Origin: Nemertoderma westbladi | Lineage: Eukaryota > Animalia > Xenacoelomorpha | DNA: 34,259 bases | Assembly: GCA_032718475.1 (NCBI GenBank) | Contig: JAUCBJ010003554.1 | Coordinates: 1 to 34,259 of the forward strand | Direction of reading: 5' to 3' | Shown: one piece after another, positions 11,456 to 22,110 of the stretch | How the letters are laid out: every line of letters starts with the position of its first letter | How positions within the stretch are numbered: the stretch's first letter is position 1 | Position numbers and translations under genes: made by a program | The notes under the pieces: model-generated | Database searches by the model: none | What the model saw: only the letters and a program-made list of their open reading frames with translations | What the model was told of the DNA's origin: nothing

Positions 11456-12620
11456 AATGAATTTTTTTTGGCTTATGAAATTTCTTCAGTAAATGCGAGA
11501 CTGCTGTAATCATCTATTTTTTAGTAAAAAATAATAAACTTACAGTATATATGTTAAAAACCAAACATCACGCTACAGAAAAAAATATTAACTTAAAATT
11601 TTTCACAAACTTATTAACTGTAAACACTATCTAGCATTATATATATCCAACGTTTAATTTTACATTTATTTTTAGTCAAAGGTAGATTCACTGACATTGT
11701 TCTAGAACTTAATAGAAATGTGAGCTAGACATTGAAGCACTATCTTAAGGTAGGTGTGACAATGTGTGAAATATAATTCATGTATTATGATCAAGTGAGA
11801 TATTGTTATGATTATAAAAGCTAGTTTGTTTGTTTAGTTAATAAATAAGGTTTTAATAGTTAAGAATAATAATTAATTCAATAATGTTATGAAGTCATAT
11901 TATAAGATTATAAGGTTATAAGATCGGTCATTCCATAATCGATACACAAATAGTATATTACAACTGGAAATACAAGTGTTAACTACATTTGTCGTGGAAA
12001 ATAAATAATCCACACACGGGAAGATGTTCTATTTACACCACCTAGAGAAATGAATAATTTGGCAATTATCAAAGATGAAATACACTCTGCTCCCGCTGGG
12101 CGGCTTTATCCTGAATAAATTTAGAAACGCCTTCAAAGGGAACATGAATCTAACTTTGACTAAAAAAAAATGGTAAATTTAATGTTGCCTATATATAATG
12201 CTAGATACTGTTTTCAGTTAATAAGTTTGTGAAGAATTTTAAGTAAATAGTATACAAGTTAATATTGTTTCTATAGGGTGATGTTTGGTTTTAAACATAT
12301 ATACTGTAAGATTATTATTTTTTTCTAAAAAAATAGCTGATTACAACAGTCTCACATTTACTGAAGAAATTTCATATTTTTGAATAAATATAACAGTACT
12401 TACTCAGTTTTAAGGCTTACATTTTAATTTTCACATTTTTTACTCAAAATAGATAGATAGATAGACAGTTTGTTGTCAAAGAATAGTTGAGGAATGTCTC
12501 GCAAAGTTTATTCATGGAATTTTTCAGTGAATCTAATTTCGCAATAAAAAAATGTCAAATTAATAGTGCTAAAACCCAACATCACTCTGTAGAAACAATA
12601 TATTATAAAAAATTTAATAT

Positions 12621-14010
12621 TGTTACCAAACGACCATACAAGTAATGGTGGAAATGTTGACAAGTCCAGTTTAGAACCCACAACTCCAAGAAGTGTGGTG
12701 CATCATATTGCTGTTGATCATTGTTTATATGTTTTGATGCATAAGCAATAATGAGGTGTAATTTGTTGTCAATGGTGCTAATCTGTGAAAGTATGGAGGT
12801 AAAACCATTGCCACTTGCATCAGTTTCAAGTACAAATTCATTGTTGAAGTCCGGGTATTGTAAAACCGGTGTGGTGATAAGTCGATTCTTTAGTTCCAAA
12901 AATCCTAACCGTGTTTAATTTGTCCAAACAAAAGGCATAATTTTTTGGAGTAAATTATATAAAGGTTTTGCGATTTTTCCGTAACCTTCAACAAAACGCC
13001 AGTAATAATACGTTAATCCAAGAAAGATTCACACTTCTTTTATATTTCGAGGTTCAGGGTAATTTATAACTTTTCGATATTATTGCTGGATCAGGACTAA
13101 TCCCATTTCGTGAAATAACATGTCCCAGATATTTTATTTCTATCTGACTAAACTTACATTTCTTTTGTTTCAACTTCAGATTTACTTTCTTAATCCGTTG
13201 TAAGACAAGTTTCAGTTGCTCTGTAAATGTAATTGATTTTACTAATATATCATCAATAAATACATGGAATTGTTTATCTTCTTCAGTTGAAATGCCATTC
13301 AATAATTTCTCCATAGTTCGTTGGAAAGTAGCTGGTGCGTTACATAATCCGAAGGCAAGTACTATGAATTCATAAAATCCAGAGCAACAATTAAATGTTG
13401 GTTTAGGAATGTCTCTATATGACATCGGGATCTGTCTGTAGCTGGTAGCCAAATCAAGTGTTGAGATATATTTCGAGGGCTGTAAATCATCTAATATATC
13501 ATCAATATGTAGTAGTGGGTAGTTATCCTTAACAGTGATACTGTTCAGCTTCCTGTAATCGACACAAAAGTGTGGAGTGCCACCTGACTTCTTAGCTAAT
13601 AGTACAGGAGAAGACAAGGGACTTTGTGATGGTTGTATAATACTGAATTTCACCATTTTGTCAATTTCATTGGCAATTACTGTTTTAAAGAGTGTGAGGT
13701 GTTCTCTTAATTGCAATATTAGTACCAGTATCGATTGAATGTTCTGCTAATTCCGTTCTACCAAGCTCATCATCTGATAGTTGAAGCACTTCATTGTATT
13801 CTTTTAATACATTAAGCAATTTTTCTTTCTCTTCTATGGTTAGGTCTGTATCTGATAGATCAACTTGCTCCTGTATAATATTATGTCTCTCATTGACATC
13901 AGTAACCAATGAAACATTACTTTCTCCTATCTCAATTATTGTTTCCTCTTCATTTTTGTTATCATTCAAAGATAGATCCAATGTTCTCAATTTTTGTACA
14001 TTGGCCTATT
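12621..14010 (-). pseudogene. Decayed Ty3/gypsy pol fragment (pre-RT linker, RT, RNase H), longest copy
   Basis: Motifs are LGRTELAEHSIDTG, PSQSPLSSPVLLAKK, FCVDYRKLN..TVKDNYPL.HIDD, FGLCNAPATFQR, VFIDDILV, YLGHVIS, and RNase H PVLQYPDF..FVLETDAS, IAYASK, HYLYGR. It is frameshifted and stops after RNase H. No integrase, gag or LTR is seen. Confidence 0.92.
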
Positions 14011-14107
14011 ATCAATCCCTCTGGTATTGACTTATGTAAAGAATCTAAATTTAGTACACCGAGCATGCTATAACCATCAGTTTCAGCTTCGTGTACCGAA
14101 TCTGTGA

Positions 14108-14385
14108 TACTACTACTGTACTACTAGGTCGAGCGAACTCGGACAGTGGAAATGAGATCCTTCCAGGCTTCCCGATTCTCCACAGTTGTCACAATTTCGT
14201 TTCTCCCAAGTTCAGTATCCCTTTCAAGTTGATCTATATATGTTATGGCCGGTCATCCACGACTACGCTTTCCATGAGTTGGTTGCCAGAGAAGTAGATC
14301 TGGTTTGACCTCGTCTTTACTTCGCCAGCAGTGCCCACTGAATCTTAATCTGCGTTCACGTAGGGTGGTTGATACAGGTGGTATG
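14108..14385 (-). mobile_element. 5'-truncated 3' end of an RTE-clade non-LTR retrotransposon with (TAG)n tail
   Basis: Manual translation (not in the ORF track) gives IPPVSTTLRERRLRFSGHCWRSKDEVKPDLLLWQPTHGKRSRG*PAITYIDQLERDTELGRNEIVTTVENREAWKDLISTVRVRST*. This matches the RTE ORF2 C-terminal pattern (RRLR(F/W)xGH...GKRxRGRP...W), with one CGA>TGA-type stop. A TAGTAGTA..GTAGTA tail follows. Confidence 0.8.
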
Positions 14386-14818
14386 AATGTTAAATTTAAT
14401 GTTGCCTATATGCTAGATACTGTTTTCAGTTAATAAGTTTGTGAAGAATTTTAAGTAAATAGTATATAAGTTAATATTGTTTCTATAGGGTGATGTTTGG
14501 TTTTAAACGATTATTATTTTTTACTAAAAAATAGCTGATTATAACAGTCTCACATTTACTGAAGAAATTTCATATTTTTGAATAAATATAACAGTACTTA
14601 CTCAGTTTTAAGGCTTACATATTAATTTTCACATTTCTTACTCAAAATAGATAGATAGATAGACAGTTTGTTGTCAAAGAATAGTTGAGGAATGTCTCGC
14701 AAAGTTTATTCATGGAATTTTTCAGTGAATCTAATTTCGCAATAAAAAAATGTCAAATTAATAATGCTAAAACCCAGCATCACTCTGTAGAACCAATATA
14801 TTATAAAAAATGTAATAT

Positions 14819-15536
14819 TGTTGCCAAATGACCATACAAGTAATGGCGGAAATGTTGACAAGCCCAGTTTAGAGCCCACAACTCCAGGTGTGGTGCATCA
14901 TATTGCTGTTGATCATTGTTTATATGTTTTGATGCATAAGCAATAATGAGGTGTAATTTGTTGTCAATGGTGCTAATCTGTGAAAGTATGGCGGCAAAAC
15001 CATTGCCACTTGCATCAGTTTCAAGTACAAATTCTTTGTTGAAGTCCGGGTATTGTAAAACCGGTGTAGTGATAAGTCGATTCTTTAGTTCCCAAAAATC
15101 CTATCCGTGTTTAATTTGTCCAAACAAAAGGCGTAATTTTTTGGAGTAAATTATATAAAGGTTTTGCGATTTTTCCGTAACCTTCAACAAAACGCCGGTA
15201 ATAATACGTCAATCCAAGAAAGATTCACACTTCTTTTATATTTCGAGGTTCAGGGTAATTTATAACTTTTTCGATATTATTGCTGGATCAGGACTAATCC
15301 CATTTCGTGAAATAACATGTCCCAGACATTTTATTTCTATCTGACTAAACTTACATTTCTTTTGTTTCAACTTCAGATTTACTTTCTTAATCCGTTGTAA
15401 GACAAGTTTCAGATGAATCAGGTGCTCTGTAAATGTAATTGATTTTACTATATCATCAATAAATACATGGAATTGTTTATCTTCTTCAGTTGAAATGCCG
15501 TTCAATGATTTCTCCATAGTTAGTTGGAAAGTAGCT
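14819..15536 (-). pseudogene. Third, more diverged gypsy RT C-terminal/RNase H fragment in the spacer
   Basis: Direct repeat of ~12621-13333 with many substitutions. ORF 15260-15547 reads ATFQ..MEK..VFIDD..TEHLIHLKLVLQR..LGHVIS. Confidence 0.9.
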
Positions 15537-16712
15537 ATTTCCACCATTACTTGTATGGTCGTTTGGCAACAATATTAAATTTTTTATAATATATTGTTTC
15601 TACAGAGTGATGCTGGGTTTTAGCACTATTAATTTGACATTTTTTTATTGCGAAATTAGATTCACTGAAAAATTCCATGAATAAACTTTGCGAGACATTC
15701 CTCAACTATTCTTTGACAACAAACTGTCTATCTATCTATTTTGTGTAAAAAATGTGAAAATTAAAATGTAAGCCTTAAAACTGAGTAAGTACTGTTATAT
15801 TTATTCAAAAATATGAAATTTCTTCAGTAAATGTGAGACTGTTGTAATCAGCTATTTTTTTAGTAAAAAATAATAATCTTACAGTATATATGTTTAAAAC
15901 CAAACATCATCCTATAGAAACAATATTAACTTATATACTATTTACTTAAAATTCTTCACAAACCTATTAACTGAAAACAGTATCTAGCATATAGGCAACA
16001 TTAAATTTAACATTTTGTTTTTTAGTCAAAGGTAGATAGATTCCTGTTCCCTTTGAAGGCGTTTCTAAATTTATTCAGGATAAAGCCACCCAGCGGGAGC
16101 AGAGTGTATTTAATCTTTGATAATCGCCAAATTATTCATTTCTCTAGGTGGCGTAAATAGATCATCTCCCTATGTGTCGATTATTTATTTCCAGGACAAA
16201 ATGTATGTAGTTAACACTTGTATTTCCAGTTGTAACATACTATTTGTATATCGATTATGGAATGACCTTATAATCCTATAATATGACTTCATAACCTTAT
16301 TATTATTATTTTATTAACTAAACAAACATACTACTGTAGCTTTTATAATCATAACAATATCTCACTTGATCATAATACATGAAATATATTTCACACATTG
16401 TCACACCTACCTTAAGATAGTGCTTCAATGTCTAGCTCAGATTTCTATTAAGTTCTAGAACAATGTCAGTGAATCTACCTTTGACTAAAAAAAAAATGTA
16501 AAATTAAACGTTGGATACATATATGCTAGATACTGTTTTCAGTTAATAAGTTTGTGAAAAATTTTAAGTTAATATTTTTTCTGTAGCGTGATGTTTGGTT
16601 TTCAACATATATACTGTAAGTTTATTATTTTTTAATAAAAAAAAAAAAAATAGATGATTACACCAGTCTCGCATTTACTGAAGAAATTTCATAAGCCAAA
16701 AAAAAATTCATT
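15537..16712. repeat. Diverged direct copy of 17848-19047 (pol end + R + spacer + inverted half-R)
   Basis: Collinear from atttccaccattacttg to aagccaaaaaaaaattcatt, with scattered substitutions and indels. Confidence 0.9.
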
Positions 16713-16740
16713 GCGCGCGCAATGAATTTTTTTTTGGCTT
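16693..16740. repeat. Perfect 48-bp palindrome without spacer
   Basis: AAGCC-A9-TTCATTGCGC|GCGCAATGAA-T9-GGCTT, with the axis between 16716 and 16717. Confidence 0.98.
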
Positions 16741-17885
16741 GGTAGAACGGAATTAGCAGAACATTCAATCGATACTGGTACTAATATTGCAATTAAGAGA
16801 ACACCTCACACTCTTTAAAACAGTAATTGCCAATGAAATTGACAAAATGGTGAAATTCAGTATTATACAACCATCACAAAGTCCCTTGTCTTCTCCTGTA
16901 CTATTAGCTAAGAAGTCAGGTGGCACTCCACACTTTTGTGTCGATTACAGGAAGCTGAACAGTATCACTGTTAAGGATAACTACCCACTACTACATATTG
17001 ATGATATATTAGATGATTTACAGCCCTCGAAATATATCTCAACACTTGATTTGGCTACCAGCTACAGACAGATCCCGATGTCATATAGAGACATTCCTAA
17101 ACCAACATTTAATTGTTGCTCTGGATTTTATGAATTCATAGTACTTGCCTTCGGATTATGTAACGCACCAGCTACTTTCCAACGATCTATGGAGAAATTA
17201 TTGAATGGCATTTCAACTGAAGAAGATAAACAATTCCATGTATTTATTGATGATATATTAGTAAAATCAATTACATTTACAGAGCAACTGAAACTTGTCT
17301 TACAACGGATTAAGAAAGTAAATCTGAAGTTGAAACAAAAGAAATGTAAGTTTAGTCAGATAGAAATAAAATATCTGGGACATGTTATTTCACGAAATGG
17401 GATTAGTCCTGATCCAGCAATAATATCGAAAAGTTATAAATTACCCTGAACCTCGAAATATAAAAGAAGTGTGAATCTTTCTTGGATTAACGTATTATTA
17501 CTGGCGTTTTGTTGAAGGTTACGGAAAAATCGCAAAACCTTTATATAATTTACTCCAAAAAATTATGCCTTTTGTTTGGACAAATTAAACACGGTTAGGA
17601 TTTTTGGAACTAAAGAATCGACTTATCACCACACCGGTTTTACAATACCCGGACTTCAACAATGAATTTGTACTTGAAACTGATGCAAGTGGCAATGGTT
17701 TTACCTCCATACTTTCACAGATTAGCACCATTGACAACAAATTACACCTTATTATTGCTTATGCATCAAAACATATAAACAATGATCAACAGCAATATGA
17801 TGCACCACACTTCTTGGAGTTGTGGGTTCTAAACTGGACTTGTCAACATTTCCACCATTACTTGTATGGTCGTTTGGTAACAATA
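16737..17885 (+). pseudogene. Decayed Ty3/gypsy RT-RNase H fragment (mirror copy in right arm)
   Basis: Near-identical reverse complement of 12618-13766, with the same disablements. Confidence 0.92.
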
Positions 17886-20800
17886 TTAAATTTTTTATAA
17901 TATATTGTTTCTACAGAGTGATGTTGGGTTTTAGCACTATTAATTTGACATTTTTTTATTGCGAAATTAGATTCACTGAAAAATTCCATGAATAAACTTT
18001 GCGAGACATTCCTCAACTATTCTTTGACAACAAACTGTCTATCTATCTATCTATTTTGAGTAAAAAATGTGAAAATTAAAATGTAAGCCTTAAAACTGAG
18101 TAAGTACTGTTATATTTATTCAAAAATATGAAATTTCTTCAGTAAATGTGAGACTGTTGTAATCAGCTATTTTTTTAGTAAAAAATAATAATCTTACAGT
18201 ATATATGTTTAAAACCAAACATCACCCTATAGAAACAATATTAACTTGTATACTATTTACTTAAAATTCTTCACAAACTTATTAACTGAAAACAGTATCT
18301 AGCATTATATATAGGCAACATTAAATTTACCATTTTTTTTTAGTCAAAGTTAGATTCATGTTCCCTTTGAAGGCGTTTCTAAATTTATTCAGGATAAAGC
18401 CGCCCAGCGGGAGCAGAGTGTATTTCATCTTTGATAATTGCCAAATTATTCATTTCTCTAGGTGGTGTAAATAGAACATCTTCCCGTGTGTGGATTATTT
18501 ATTTTCCACGACAAATGTAGTTAACACTTGTATTTCCAGTTGTAATATACTATTTGTGTATCGATTATGGAATGACCGATCTTATAACCTTATAATCTTA
18601 TAATATGACTTCATAACATTATTGAATTAATTATTATTCTTAACTATTAAAACCTTATTTATTAACTAAACAAACAAACTAGCTTTTATAATCATAACAA
18701 TATCTCACTTGATCATAATACATGAATTATATTTCACACATTGTCACACCTACCTTAAGATAGTGCTTCAATGTCTAGCTCACATTTCTATTAAGTTCTA
18801 GAACAATGTCAGTGAATCTACCTTTGACTAAAAATAAATGTAAAATTAAACGTTGGATATATATAATGCTAGATAGTGTTTACAGTTAATAAGTTTGTGA
18901 AAAATTTTAAGTTAATATTTTTTTCTGTAGCGTGATGTTTGGTTTTTAACATATATACTGTAAGTTTATTATTTTTTACTAAAAAATAGATGATTACAGC
19001 AGTCTCGCATTTACTGAAGAAATTTCATAAGCCAAAAAAAATTCATTCTTCTTGAAAAGCCATTCATCTTGCCCTCCAATCAATCCCAAGGAGAGAAGCA
19101 TAGCTGTTCGAAACTGGGTGGCTAAGAACATGTATGAAAGATGTTCGAATTACACAACCAGTATACACTTCTCAATCTGCTTCCCAAAAGAAGGGAACGG
19201 AACATCATAACACTAGAAAGGCTAGCAAGATTAACCAACGCAATTATCGTCGCACCAATTCATTAGATAACCTTCCCTGCACAAAGCCTGTTGCTATTGA
19301 AATCGGCTGTGACAGTGAAGCACATAATAATATTAGACTCAGGCAGCAGTTTATTTATCAAGAACCAAATCCGAGGAATCCCACTATGAATTCCCCGAAG
19401 ACACAACCAAAGGAAACATCAACAGAGGCAATGAATATGACTCTGACAAAACTCAGCAAAGCTATGACATCATATGAATTCATTGAAACAACCAGGGTGG
19501 AGAGCATCATGCAAAATCCAAAAGAAATTTTTGCTAGGTCCCTAGTGCCACTTGGCTTAGAAAAAGTCCACAACTTCTACAACTGACATATCTAGAAGTC
19601 CACAACTTCTACAACTGACATACTGTATCTTCACCATCAGAGACTGATGAGTATATAACAGTAGATAATATATCAGACAATTCAAATGAAACTGAAATGG
19701 ATCCTACTTACTCATACAGCATAAAGGAAAAGAAAGGTGAATCCCTGCAAGGAAGTCAGGTACCAACAAACATAAGAAAAGACTCTGTAATAATCACAAA
19801 CCCATCAGTGAAATGTCCCTCTACTCTAGAACAAGTCCTCAAAAACAATGACACCTGGTAAGAACCAAAAAGACCTGCCAAACCAACCTTCAAATCAAAG
19901 ATCCAGATGCAGCACAACATTAAGACTGAAAACAAATATAGTGAACTAGATAATGATACCAAAATTACCATACTTCTACAACAACAGACTGATTTCTTGG
20001 CGAATCTAAATAATGTTTCCAAAGAAACTGTCAATCTAAGAAAATCACAAGGTAGTAGCAAGAATGAACACAACAACTTTAAGCAACATCAAACGAGATA
20101 CGAACAAGAAACCCAACGAAGCACCCCTTCCAACAAACGGAAGCAGTAGAAGCAGCACAGATATGAAGCGGAATAATAAAGGGTTTGATCTACACTACAT
20201 AACCTCTAGGGATTCATACTGGCACAATAACAATCAAGCTAACTATAATGGTAGTAATCAATATAAATCTATCCTGCAAGATAATAATAGGCATACGGAG
20301 TATGTGAGGAACTCTTGGAGACATGCCCCAGAATCATCTCGACACCAAAGTCAAACATACCAGCAGTATCAGAAGCACAGAGTGAGTAGACACGATTATC
20401 CAGATCAACACTTCCCAAACCCTCATCTAAGAGACCAATCTGAACATACCTCGTACCCCAGTAATGACCAATGTGACATAACCTATGACAACAGGTATTA
20501 CAACCGATCCAACAGAAGTCATATGGCTAGGAATCGTTTTTAAGCTGGCTCCGAGTATCACAACTGGAGACCTAAATTTCAAAAATGCTGGAAATACGTG
20601 TAATATTTTGCAGAGAAGTGAAATCAGTCGCCATAGGCAGCATATGAAGGATGATTTGCAACATGACAGCAAATTCTATTAAGTTCTAGAACAATGTCAG
20701 TGAATCTACCTTTGACTAAAAAAATGTAAAATTAAACGTTGAATATATGCTAGATACTATTTTCAGTTAATAAGTTTGTGAAGAATTTTAAGTTAATATT

Positions 20801-21954
20801 TTTTCTGTAGCATGATGCTTGGTTTTCAACATATATACAGTAAGTTTATTATTTTTTAGTAAAAAATAGATGATTACAGCAGTATCGCATTTACTGACGA
20901 AATTTCATATTTTTAAATAAATATAACAGTACTTACTCAGTTTTTAAGACTTGCATTTTAATTTTCACATTTTTTACTCAAAATAGATAGATAGACAATT
21001 TGTTGTCAAAGAATAGTTAAGGAATGTCTCGCACAGTTTATTCATGGGATTTTTCAGTGAATCTAATTTCGCAATAAAAAAATGTCAAATTAATAGTGCT
21101 AAAACCCAGCATCACTCTGTAGAACCAATATATTATAAAAAAAATGTAATATACTATATTAACACTGACACATTGACTTACCTACACATAGTTGCAACAC
21201 TACAGTGTATACATGAGACATTGTTTCATAATGTTACATATCGAATAACACTATTACTGCTATATCTAGCACATACTCACCACAACAATCAATACCCTAC
21301 ATCTAAACATTAATTATCATTCCATCTTATATTCAAACGTAATTAACCTGTCAATATTGTACTGATAATGTATGTAGAACAAGTAAATTATTATTATTAG
21401 TTAGATGTATTTCGTATTAATTAATATGCATTTTATGCTATCGAAATCATTAGAATAATTGGATCTCGTTGGTAACATATGCTATAGTATAGAATTCAAT
21501 GAACAATAATTTATAATTGATACTACCACAAGCTATTTGTAAACATCTGCGACCAGTTATGATGAATAAATCGATATTGAATAATTATTACTTGGCATTC
21601 AACAGCTATAACTCGGATATTTATCGCCTTTTTCTCTCGAGGTTGGGTGGAAGAGTGGGTGACGAGTTGTGAGGAGTTATAACAGTCCCGAGTTCGAACC
21701 CGGTTGAATATTTTGTTATCTGAAAAATTGCGAAATTAAATTTAGTTACTGGTGAAAAATAGTAGAAGACTGGTTGCTGAAAAATAGCGATTTGAAAAAT
21801 AGTAGACGTTACCTGTAGACACTCGTAGCACCTGTAAAATAAAGGTTGGTAAATATGAAAATACTGGTTGCTGAAAAATTGCGATTTGAAAAATAGTAGA
21901 AGTTACCTGATGCTAAGTGTAGACACCCGAACACCTGTAAAATAAAGGCTTATG

Positions 21955-22110
21955 ATTGGATGCAGTACTAGAGTTGGGTGACTAATAACGCCTCTAGCGG
22001 AATAAGCGGGAACTTGAGAAGTTACCATGGTAACGGTTGAAATGCTGACATCTGATTGGTTGAAATAATAACGACCACTGCAAAAGGTTGAAATGGTGGC
22101 TTCTGATTGG
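21955..22110 (+). promoter_or_regulatory. Promoter-like cassette: three CCAATCA boxes plus a perfect RFX X-box (mirror at 8349-8506)
   Basis: GTTACCATGGTAAC at 22021-22034 (8425-8438 in the left arm). CCAATCA at 8349, 8400 and 8500, with mirrored TGATTGG in the right arm. Motif match only. Confidence 0.4.

Larger units (their letters stand above)
7090..13766. repeat. Left arm (6677 bp) of giant inverted duplication
   Basis: Reverse complement of 16737-23370. ORFs are mirrored (13054-13716/16787-17449, 12603-12899/17604-17900, 10917-11369/19134-19586), and pairing is lost at 7089 and 13767. Confidence 0.97.

Noticed and set aside
16705-16728. Resemblance of the CG-core palindrome to a phage protelomerase (N15 telRL-type) site
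   Set aside because: Only the alternating CG core is similar, and no protelomerase or tyrosine recombinase is encoded in the window.
21641-21710. tRNA-like A box (TGGAAGAGTGG) and B box (GTTCGAACCC); mirror ~8803-8872
   Set aside because: The T-stem and cloverleaf do not pair properly. At most a degenerate SINE head.
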